Of a stretch of 32,000 nucleotides of DNA, positions 1 to 11,060 are shown one piece after another. Position numbers and translations under genes: made by a program. The notes beneath the pieces were generated by a model. The model saw only the letters and a program-made list of their open reading frames with translations, had not been told where the DNA came from and did not search any database. Source of the stretch: Saprospiraceae bacterium (GTDB lineage Bacteria; Bacteroidota; Bacteroidia; Chitinophagales; Saprospiraceae); the NCBI GenBank assembly GCA_021604865.1, contig BQJU01000008.1, positions 73,446-105,445 on the forward strand. The letters are read 5' to 3'. Position 1 is the stretch's first letter. The number at the start of each line of letters is the position of its first letter.

Positions 1-1470
1 TTTCAGCAATAGAGCAAAATTTTTCTCCTCAACCTTCAGTTGCATTTTTCCAGCTTCCAATTTAGACAAATCGAGAAGCTGATTAATGAGTTGCAGTAAG
101 CGCCCTGCATTGCGATGGGCCAATTTTAGCAGTTTTTGATCTTCAGGGTCATGCTCCTTTTCCATGACCTGGGAGAGGGGCCCCATTACTAAGGTCAGTG
201 GCGTGCGAAATTCGTGAGAGATATTGGCAAAAAAGCGGGATTTTAGCTTGTCGAGTTCTTTAAATTTTTGCTTTTCTCCCTGGATGGTATTGATTTTATC
301 AAACAATCCATAAAACAGCATACCAGAAAAAAGGACCACGCCCACTTGTATGCCATATTTTGTCAAGCCCGTCACGGGGATTATCCCAGACACTCCCAAA
401 ATAAATAAAAGGGAACCTATAAACAAGAGGGCAATGGAAGTCAACAAAATGCCGCCCGCTTTATCTCTTTTCCTGAGCAAGAGAAATATGGGAATCATCG
501 TTATCACCACCCAGGGAATCAGGAGAAAATTAATGGTTTTTGATATCCAAACTTCATCGTTAGAAAAAAACCAGGCCAGGTGAGCAAATACGGCAACAAA
601 AACAGAATAAAATAAATATCCTTTGAAATACAGAGGAAAGCGCTCTAATAATCGAATATACTTACTTAGAAATAAAAAGAAGGAAATCACAATGCCGGAG
701 ATGAACAATCGCTGCAGGAAAAGATAAGCATTGGGGTAATTATAGGTAAATAAAACATCAACAATACCATAAGCCAATAGAAAATATAAGCTAAAAAAAA
801 GCATCAGGAATGCATAATAAATAAACACTCGCTCTCTAAACATCCCGTACATAAAAAGACTCACCAGACAAAACAATAGCAGAATGCCGGCATAAAAACT
901 TTGCCATGCGTATTTTTCGACTAAATAATGGATTAATGCCTGACCGGGTTTAATAAATAATTCGACTAGATGGCTCTGCTTAATCGGGACTGCAAAGTGT
1001 ATTTTGAAGTAGTAAATTTTTTGCTCTCCAACCTCCAGATTATAAGGGATATAATTTTGCGCTGCCGGCAGGCTTTTGTGTTTTGGTTTTAGGGATGATC
1101 CAGTAAATTGCTCCTCAATAACCCGACCATTTTCCACAGTATACACCCAAAGGGAATCCGCATTGGTGCAAAAATGAAAATAGTCATACCTCACTTGAGC
1201 GCCCGCATTAAATAATTGTATTCTCGACCAAACGGTGATAGGTCCTTTCGTTTCTTTTTCCTGGTCAGGCCGGGTAAATTGCCCCGCGGACAACTGGAGA
1301 ACTTCTTCAATGTTATAGACGCTTTCCTGGTCCAAAAATAGTTCCATGGAATCACTCAGGGTGAGGTTCCATTCAAGGTCATCCGTAAAAGTATGAGAAA
1401 AAATAGTATCCGATGCAGAAGCTCTATACAGGGAATTAGTTAGTAAAAACAAGAGGAATAAAAACCGCAT
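1..1470 (-). CDS. Sensor histidine kinase, 7TMR-DISM type (N-terminal 490 codons; the 3' end lies beyond the left edge of the window)
   Basis: Absent from the ORF track because no stop falls in the window. Manual minus-strand translation from ATG (1470-1468) stays open to position 1. It begins MRFLFLLFLLTNSLYRASA (signal-like), followed by a ~190-aa extracytoplasmic domain. Seven hydrophobic helices follow (e.g. FYAGILLLFCLVSLFMYGMF, VFIYYAFLMLFFSLYFLLAYGIV, GILLTSIALLFIGSLLFILGV). Next comes the H-box FFANISHEFRTPLTLVMGPL, typical of a HisKA phospho-acceptor domain. The ATPase domain is not in the window. Confidence 0.85.
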   Translation of the reverse strand, partial: MRFLFLLFLLTNSLYRASASDTIFSHTFTDDLEWNLTLSDSMELFLDQESVYNIEEVLQLSAGQFTRPDQEKETKGPITVWSRIQLFNAGAQVRYDYFHFCTNADSLWVYTVENGRVIEEQFTGSSLKPKHKSLPAAQNYIPYNLEVGEQKIYYFKIHFAVPIKQSHLVELFIKPGQALIHYLVEKYAWQSFYAGILLLFCLVSLFMYGMFRERVFIYYAFLMLFFSLYFLLAYGIVDVLFTYNYPNAYLFLQRLFISGIVISFFLFLSKYIRLLERFPLYFKGYLFYSVFVAVFAHLAWFFSNDEVWISKTINFLLIPWVVITMIPIFLLLRKRDKAGGILLTSIALLFIGSLLFILGVSGIIPVTGLTKYGIQVGVVLFSGMLFYGLFDKINTIQGEKQKFKELDKLKSRFFANISHEFRTPLTLVMGPLSQVMEKEHDPEDQKLLKLAHRNAGRLLQLINQLLDLSKLEAGKMQLKVEEKNFALLLK

Positions 1471-1730
1471 TATGTGGCATTTTAACATTAAAACAAGAAG
1501 ATTCAACAATGTAGCGATAAACTACTTGACGGCGACCTAAACAATGCTTAAATCTCCAGAGTACGTTTATTCTATATTGAGGTCATCATTTGGCTACGAG
1601 TTTGGAGGCCAACCTTTCTTGAGCCATAGAATACCCATTCATCCAACAGGCAGTATTGGACACCAAATATTGCAGGTTTCTTTGGATAGCTAATAATGGC
1701 TTGAGCCAAATAAATTGGCCCCTTACAAAG

Positions 1731-3947
1731 TTACCGCACCACCCACTCATCTGCAAAAATCCACGATGGTAAACCCGCTCCATGATGCCAATCCGGTGGG
1801 GTAAGTAGATTTTTTGCTTCTACTTTCAGATACCTCGCCTTGACAGGATCAAAAGAAAGGTCGAAATATTCAATATCATTGATCTTGCTACCTTCCAAGA
1901 GCGGTTTAGGATTTTTGATGGTTCCTAAATGACGGAATTGTTTGTTTTTCCCAGCATAAGAATAGGTCACCTCGGCAGGTAAAAAGACCAAGTGATTGAC
2001 CACTTGCAGAAAGGCCATACCTGTAAAGGATATTTCCTGTTCGCTACCCAGGTCCAGCTCTGCTTCCAGGTGATTGCCTTCAAAACCTAGCCAGTTGGCA
2101 TAAAAACTCGCGCCACCGAAGGCTCCGTCCGTTAGGGTTTGTGGGTCTTCGTTGGCATATTTTTTGGGTTTGGTCAGTAGCGTGATGGTCGCACCTTGAG
2201 CGATATTGGATTGGGTGGCTCTTGTTATAGTTGTCTGCCAGCCAGCCAGGTATTCTTCTACCGTGTACCCCATTTCATTCATCAGAGTGATGTTGTTTTG
2301 CTGGCAAGTGGATTTGAACCGATCAAGAGCAGCTTGGAAAGAGGGATTCAATTGTCCATTTTCTGCAAGAAGGGTAAATGCCGGAGCTATATTTTTGCGA
2401 CAAGCTTCCAGGGTGGCATAATCCAGTCCGATTCTGGCCCTTCTGACCCGGTTTAACAACATTAGATCACCAGCCAAGGCAGTTTCGGCTTTGTTAAAAT
2501 AGTCGTGGTATTCTTCTAACTTTTCCGCACTCAAAAAGCTGTTGAAAGCCTGAGAAGGGTCACCGTAGAGGAAGAGAAAATAGTCAGGGTCAGCCGCTAT
2601 AGCATCATGTATAGATTGTACATAAGCGCCAATAGGTTCAGCGGCAGAACCGTAATAATGCACGCTGAAATCCGTGATCACCGAATCGACATTCAGATCC
2701 GGGTTCCACAAGAGTTTTGCCATCAAATAAACGCGTAGATCATAAAGGTCACTAGGGTGATTGCTATGTTGTTCAAATACCCATTTAGCCCCCTGATCAC
2801 GGAAAAACTGGATATTGGGTTGCAGCGTACGAAGGTTGGGGAAAGGAGCCAGGAAATTGGTAAACTGGGTGGTATAATCCCAGATACGAAGGGTAGCATC
2901 CTGTTGATTCCAGCCTTTCATATCTTCGGCGAAGGGCTGACATTTATCTTCGATGGAGCCACTGCGGTCACACTCAATGGAACAGAGGGTAATTAGCACG
3001 TTGTTGGCGGGTTTTACCTCGCCGGGTTTTCGGGTGTATTGATAGGCCAAAGTGGAGATGAATTTATCCGGAAATTTGGCGGCCACCTGATTGACAAAAT
3101 TGATCATGGTTCCTGTTGGACCACCGTATTCTTGATCTGATTTGGTGCAAGTGGGGCAGGTACAATACTGGGTGTTATCATCTGAACTGACGGAGACAAC
3201 GCGAGCCTCGGGATGGCGATTAAAATGCGCCTGTACGGAATCCACCACAATGCCCAAAACATCGGCATTGGTCAGGCACAATTGCGTGGAGATTCTACGG
3301 CCGTTGCGTAAAGCGTAGTATTCAGGATGGTCCTTTAAGAAATGCTCGCGTGGCATAAACCGGTGGAAGGTATGCACCCGGGCATTCGGAGCATAATAGG
3401 GAAAGGCGGAGGTCGTTACTTTGAGTTTGCGGGCAAAAATGGGATTATCATAGACTACACGGGCATGCACTGTGCGGGTTGCAATGGGCGGGGAATAAGT
3501 ATAAGCCAAATCCTTCGGCAATTGAATTTCCATCAGTTGAGGAATAAAATCCGTCTCTGCATCCAGCCAGCGGTAGCCCAGCTCACGTTCCAAAAAGTCA
3601 TAAATAGCATAGTACAAATGAGTGCTATCGCTACCCTCGATAAGCAGCCCCTCCTCCTGCATTTCATATTTCACCGTCCCTGGTTTGAGGGGATCGACAG
3701 CCTTTGCTTCTTCTGATATCTTGAGTTGGATATAGTTCGAAACATCGGGAGTTTCTTCTACGATGGTAAGGTCTCCATCAATGGCTTGACTTAATAGGTC
3801 AACGAGTTCAATGGCCGGGCCTTTGGCTGCTGCATTGTCGATCAAAATATAGATCGGGTGCTTTTGGTCGGCATTGTAGAGTTGGTTATTGGATGATTGC
3901 TTACAGGCCATTAAGCCAAGGAGTAGAAGGAAAAGGTATTTGTGCAT
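1731..3947 (-). CDS. DUF4838-family putative glycoside hydrolase lipoprotein with C-terminal F5/8 type C (discoidin)-like domain
   Basis: 738-aa ORF. The lipoprotein signal is MHKYLFLLLLGLMAC. The central region carries the Cys pattern I associate with DUF4838 (QLCLTNADV ... YCTCPTCTKSD ... LCSIECDRS). The C-terminal ~140 aa (TLTDGAFGG...ARYLKVEAKN...WIFADEWVV) looks like a discoidin/carbohydrate-binding module. The family assignment is from memory of family motifs, not from a search. Confidence 0.7.
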   Translation of the reverse strand: MHKYLFLLLLGLMACKQSSNNQLYNADQKHPIYILIDNAAAKGPAIELVDLLSQAIDGDLTIVEETPDVSNYIQLKISEEAKAVDPLKPGTVKYEMQEEGLLIEGSDSTHLYYAIYDFLERELGYRWLDAETDFIPQLMEIQLPKDLAYTYSPPIATRTVHARVVYDNPIFARKLKVTTSAFPYYAPNARVHTFHRFMPREHFLKDHPEYYALRNGRRISTQLCLTNADVLGIVVDSVQAHFNRHPEARVVSVSSDDNTQYCTCPTCTKSDQEYGGPTGTMINFVNQVAAKFPDKFISTLAYQYTRKPGEVKPANNVLITLCSIECDRSGSIEDKCQPFAEDMKGWNQQDATLRIWDYTTQFTNFLAPFPNLRTLQPNIQFFRDQGAKWVFEQHSNHPSDLYDLRVYLMAKLLWNPDLNVDSVITDFSVHYYGSAAEPIGAYVQSIHDAIAADPDYFLFLYGDPSQAFNSFLSAEKLEEYHDYFNKAETALAGDLMLLNRVRRARIGLDYATLEACRKNIAPAFTLLAENGQLNPSFQAALDRFKSTCQQNNITLMNEMGYTVEEYLAGWQTTITRATQSNIAQGATITLLTKPKKYANEDPQTLTDGAFGGASFYANWLGFEGNHLEAELDLGSEQEISFTGMAFLQVVNHLVFLPAEVTYSYAGKNKQFRHLGTIKNPKPLLEGSKINDIEYFDLSFDPVKARYLKVEAKNLLTPPDWHHGAGLPSWIFADEWVVR

Positions 3948-3973
3948 TTTTGAGGGGAAGATAGAAGGAAATT

Positions 3974-4369
3974 TTAGTCTTTAAAACTACTTTCAAATTC
4001 TTCAGGAGAAAATATTTTCAATGGAGGAAAATTATAGTTATGAAATGGTCGTAGATGTTTATCGTTAGATACAATAAAGGAGGCATTTGCAGCAATCAAA
4101 TTTATTATCATCTGGATCTTGCACTATTAGATTCCAAGAGTAGAAAATTTCTGTGTGATAAACAAAAGGATAAACAACGAGAAATTAATAACATTCTCTG
4201 CAATCTCTGGTGTAGTCTTTCTACATAAAATCTCTTGATACTCTATCAAAATCTCATTAGAAATGCAAAGAGTAAAACGACCATCGATAATCCCATTAAA
4301 AGTCCAACGATAAGGCGAGGCTTTACCTATACAGGCGATAAAGACATTAGTATCAAGAACGATCTTCAT
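3974..4369 (-). pseudogene. PIN-domain toxin (TA-system toxin component) disrupted by two compensating 1-nt frameshifts
   Basis: The track ORF 4127..4369 starts MKIVLDTNVFIACIGK, a PIN N-terminal acidic motif, but stops after 80 aa. Manual translation shows the PIN-like sequence continuing in a second frame from ~4184 to ~4098 (LVVYPFVYHTEIFYSWNLIVQDPDDNKF). It then returns to the first frame from ~4096 to the stop at 3974-3976 (LIAANASFIVSNDKHLRPFHNYNFPPLKIFSPEEFESSFKD). The stitched product is ~131 aa, a normal PIN toxin size. Both shifts sit at short homopolymer runs, so sequencing error cannot be excluded. Confidence 0.6.
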
Positions 4370-4577
4370 GCCTGTCGTGCTCGTTGGCCCATTTAATCAT
4401 GTCCTTTTCAGTCAACCCTTTTTCAGCCATAAATTCGTCCATTAAAGCAGTAGCTTTGTCTGCAAAATAGTGACCCAATAGCAATTTGATTTCTAGCAAT
4501 TGCTCATCAGGAACATCATTAGCATAAAGTTTAAGTAGTTCTAATTGAACATTGCTCATTGGTTTAGCAGCTTGCAT
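4353..4577 (-). CDS. Putative antitoxin partner of the PIN toxin (small acidic protein)
   Basis: 74-aa ORF directly upstream of the PIN gene, overlapping its start by 17 nt (4353-4369), which is the classic TA arrangement. No domain was recognised from sequence. The true start may be the internal Met (MSNVQLELL..., 4559). Confidence 0.45.
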   Translation of the reverse strand: MQAAKPMSNVQLELLKLYANDVPDEQLLEIKLLLGHYFADKATALMDEFMAEKGLTEKDMIKWANEHDRHEDRS

Positions 4578-4649
4578 GATCTCTATAGTTTTTTTTCAAA
4601 TTCACACAAGTCGTTTCAAACTAACAACCAATAGGCATAGATAATAGTT

Positions 4650-7832
<3,183 letters not shown>

Positions 7833-7928
7833 CTAGCCCCTCTTGGAAGAGAGGGATTGGTGCTTCGGGTATGTTATTTTTTTGGAAGAGGTTTTTGTGT
7901 GTTTTTTTGGGGCAATTAAAATTGGTGG

Positions 7929-10900
7929 TTACGTGGGTGTCAAGAAATCCTCGCCTAGTACTTTTTCTAGATTTTCCAGGAAGAAGTCGGCATTTTTTTG
8001 GCTAAAACACATTGGTGGTTTGATTTTCAGGACGTTGTGATAAGGGCCATCGGTGCTCATCAGGATGCCACGCTCACGCATGCGATTGGCGAGATAGGTG
8101 GCTTCTTCAGCAGCGGGATGCAAAGTTTCCTGATTTTTCACCAATTCAAAACCCAAAAACAAACCATGTCCCCGCACATCACCGATGAGGGGGAAGCGCT
8201 TTTGTAATTCTTTTAAGCCTTTCGTTAGATAAGCACCTACTTCGTAGGCATGAGCTTGTAAACCTTCCTCCTGCACTATTTTTAATACCTCCCGACCGAT
8301 GGCACAAGAGACCGGATTTCCACCAAAGGTGTTGAAATATTCCATGCCATTGGCGAAAGCCTCCGCCACTTTTTTGGTTGTCACTACGGCGGCAAGCGGA
8401 TGTCCATTACCGATAGGTTTACCCAGCGTCACGATGTCGGGCAGGACACCTTGCAATTCAAAACCCCAAAATTTATCACCGACCCGACCAAAACCGACCT
8501 GCACCTCATCGGCAATACATAATCCACCGGCTGATCGTACATGATGGTATGCTTCTTTCAGGTAGCCTTCCGGCAAAACGATTTGTCCGCCGCAACTAAG
8601 GATGCTTTCGCAAATAAATCCGCCGACATTCCGACCCTGATTCTGAATTTTCCCTATAGCTTGTTGCACATGAGTGGCGTATTTTTTGCCGGCCTCCGAT
8701 GTGTTGCGGTAAAGGCCGCGATAGGTGTCAGGAATGGGTACAATATGGGTGTGCGGCGGCGCGCCCTTGCCTCCTTTGCCATCAAATTTATAACTGCTGA
8801 TGGCAATACATCCACTTGTATTGCCGTGATACCCTACTTCAACCGCCACCATGTCTTTTTGTCCTGTAGCCGCCTCTACCATACGCATGGCCAGCTCATT
8901 GGCTTCACTGCCTGAATTGACAAAATGAACTACCGACAATTCGGGCGGAAAAGTAGCCAATAACTCTTCAGCAAAACCGACAATATTATCGTGCAGATAA
9001 CGGGTGTTGGTATTGAGAACTGCCATTTGACGTTGAGCCGCGCGAACCACCCGGGGATGCTGATGCCCGACATGTGGTACATTATTGACCGTATCGAGGT
9101 AGCGGCGGGCGGTGGTATCATATAGATACTGCTTAAAACCCCGCACGATATGTAGTGGCTTTGCGTAAGAGATACTCAAGCTTTTACCCAGGCTTTGGTG
9201 GCGCGTAGCCAATATTTCTTCCACTGTTTTTTCGCCCGATGGTGCCAAAACTCTCGGAAAAAGAGGAGCAGGGTCAGGGCAAATGCTCAGCCAGGTCGCT
9301 CTTTCATTCGGGAATGCTACTCCTGGAAAATCACCAGTATTCCCCAGCATATCCAGCATGAGTTGAAAATGCAGATGTGGGGGCCAATTGCCATTCTCCG
9401 GTGCCGGTCCTATAGTCGCAATAAGTTGACCTTTTTTCACGGCCATTCCCGGCGTTATGCCCTGTAAAGACTGGATACTCAGGTGTCCGTATAGGCTAAA
9501 AAAGGTCAACTTTTTTGATACCTCGTGTTTAACGATGATGGTAGGACCGTAGTCGCGCTCGCCGGCATTATTTTGTACGCTGTACACCACTCCCTCCCAG
9601 GGTGCACAGACAGGTGTTCCCGCAGCATCCCACACATCCATGCCCAGGTGTACGGTCCGCCATTGCGCGCCGGAATTACCTTCTACCAGGTAAGCATCAG
9701 TGGTGTAAATGGGCCGTACCTCGCCATATCCGCCAATGCCAATATCCGCGCCATGGTCTTCTAATAACCGGTCGACCGTCTTTTGAAAGGGCTCGATGCT
9801 TTCAAAGTTTTCATTGTTGCCCAAATCCAGGCTGCCAACACTCAGGTCAAAGGGCATGACCGTTTTTTTATCAAAATTGATTATTGGGGCCAATTGCTCC
9901 CTATGTTCCCGTACCCAATCCACGAATAGCGGTTTAGACGGGCAGGGCTCCAATCCGCAAGTATGGCGAAAGCTAAAATGTGCAAAAGCGGGTGAAACAT
10001 TCCGCAATTTTTTCAATAAATCCCAGGCAGGTTTTTCGCTGATGAGCAGGTATTCGTTGTCCGGTTCATTGTGTTTATTCCAGGCGGCATTGGCTACTGT
10101 ATTCATCAGTCGGGCACATATAAGCGGGAACAATACCGCTAACTCCTTTTCTTCTAGTGGAAAAACCTGATGATATCCCCGCACTACATGGCAGGCCGCT
10201 TGTAAAGGATCAGGCATATACATACACGCATAAGCACAGGCAATAGCCAACTCATTCACGGTCTCAGTATACAAGGCATCGCCAAAATCAATAACACCAG
10301 TAACTTGTGGGGTTTTAACATCACCATGCGTCAATAGATTATGTTCGTGGGCATCATTGTAGTTGACACTTTTGCGTAGTGCCGACAAATGAGGCAAGGC
10401 TTGTGTTTCAAATAAACGCCAAAAATAGTCTGCAACTTCCTGGGCTTCCTGCCCCTGGATATGTTGACTGTATTTTCTGGAATCCAGCGTCTCACTTGGA
10501 TTCCATTTGTAAAAACGGTGAGCGGCAGGGTGGTCAAATCCGGCGAAGTGTTTCGACATTAAGCCGGCCGTTTTTCCCCAGCTTTCTAACAATTCAGGCG
10601 ATCGTGGGTTAACCTCAGAAAGCATCCTGCCCGGCACCCATTTTTGCAATCTTAATACACGATTGTTTTCTATTTCAATGTATTGTTTTCCATCTGTGGA
10701 CGGGACGACAGCGGGGAGGCCAAGTGGTATTTCCGAAGCCGCCAGGTGGTTCATTATGTCAGCTTGAAATACTATGGCTTGTATATCAGCATTTGGGCGA
10801 CTGACTTTTAGGGTGTATTCTTTTCCATCATCACTTTTTAAATAGAAATTGAAATCCACCTCACCCATTAACTTTTTCGCCTTTCCGTTGATGCCGTAAT

Positions 10901-10958
10901 GGGTTCTGGCAAAAGTTTCCGCCTCGGCTATTGAGATTTCTATATCTGAATAATTCAT
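7929..10958 (-). CDS. Three-domain fusion: APH/hydroxylysine-kinase-like phosphotransferase + peptidase M23 domain + AGXT2L-type class III aminotransferase-fold PLP enzyme (putative phospho-lyase)
   Basis: 1009 aa with no signal peptide. N-terminal domain (~aa 20-330): kinase catalytic loop [10 protein letters not shown] and metal-binding VIDFGD. Middle domain (~aa 400-545, nt ~9324-9761): M23 ligand motifs HLGMD (HxxxD), LYGHL and PHLHFQL (HxH). C-terminal domain (~aa 585-1005): [31 protein letters not shown] and the PLP-lysine motif [18 protein letters not shown]. The C-terminal domain closely resembles my recollection of the AGXT2L1/AGXT2L2 (ETNPPL/PHYKPL) sequences. Confidence 0.85.
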   Translation of the reverse strand: MNYSDIEISIAEAETFARTHYGINGKAKKLMGEVDFNFYLKSDDGKEYTLKVSRPNADIQAIVFQADIMNHLAASEIPLGLPAVVPSTDGKQYIEIENNRVLRLQKWVPGRMLSEVNPRSPELLESWGKTAGLMSKHFAGFDHPAAHRFYKWNPSETLDSRKYSQHIQGQEAQEVADYFWRLFETQALPHLSALRKSVNYNDAHEHNLLTHGDVKTPQVTGVIDFGDALYTETVNELAIACAYACMYMPDPLQAACHVVRGYHQVFPLEEKELAVLFPLICARLMNTVANAAWNKHNEPDNEYLLISEKPAWDLLKKLRNVSPAFAHFSFRHTCGLEPCPSKPLFVDWVREHREQLAPIINFDKKTVMPFDLSVGSLDLGNNENFESIEPFQKTVDRLLEDHGADIGIGGYGEVRPIYTTDAYLVEGNSGAQWRTVHLGMDVWDAAGTPVCAPWEGVVYSVQNNAGERDYGPTIIVKHEVSKKLTFFSLYGHLSIQSLQGITPGMAVKKGQLIATIGPAPENGNWPPHLHFQLMLDMLGNTGDFPGVAFPNERATWLSICPDPAPLFPRVLAPSGEKTVEEILATRHQSLGKSLSISYAKPLHIVRGFKQYLYDTTARRYLDTVNNVPHVGHQHPRVVRAAQRQMAVLNTNTRYLHDNIVGFAEELLATFPPELSVVHFVNSGSEANELAMRMVEAATGQKDMVAVEVGYHGNTSGCIAISSYKFDGKGGKGAPPHTHIVPIPDTYRGLYRNTSEAGKKYATHVQQAIGKIQNQGRNVGGFICESILSCGGQIVLPEGYLKEAYHHVRSAGGLCIADEVQVGFGRVGDKFWGFELQGVLPDIVTLGKPIGNGHPLAAVVTTKKVAEAFANGMEYFNTFGGNPVSCAIGREVLKIVQEEGLQAHAYEVGAYLTKGLKELQKRFPLIGDVRGHGLFLGFELVKNQETLHPAAEEATYLANRMRERGILMSTDGPYHNVLKIKPPMCFSQKNADFFLENLEKVLGEDFLTPT

Positions 10959-11060
10959 TTTTTTCAGGTGTACTTGATTTACAAACTTAGTGGTTTATTC
11001 TTTAGTCGTAGCCTTCTTCGAAGGCCGAAGCCTATGGCAAAGAGCTTCCTGCGAATGCCT

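Noticed and set aside
1601-1614. An exact 14-mer, tttggaggccaacc, shared with 27752-27765. Both copies lie ~120 nt downstream of a minus-strand stop codon. A related ttggaggtcgg occurs at 18194.
   Set aside because: By rough estimate, about one or two chance 14-mer matches are expected in a 32-kb self-comparison. The flanks do not align. The core ttggagg also occurs inside coding sequence (e.g. ~19232, ~26088, ~26739). This is insufficient to call a dispersed repeat without a genome-wide search.
1586-1783. A 65-aa minus-strand ORF overlapping the 3' end of the DUF4838 gene and extending into the spacer before the kinase.
   Set aside because: It has no recognisable motif, overlaps a confident CDS in another frame, and has an atypical composition. 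It is probably spurious.
7835-7852. A 6-bp hairpin (ccctct tggaag agaggg) in the spacer between the fusion gene and the GH2 gene, considered as a terminator.
   Set aside because: The stem is short and no U-tract follows on the transcribed strand, so it cannot be distinguished from chance.
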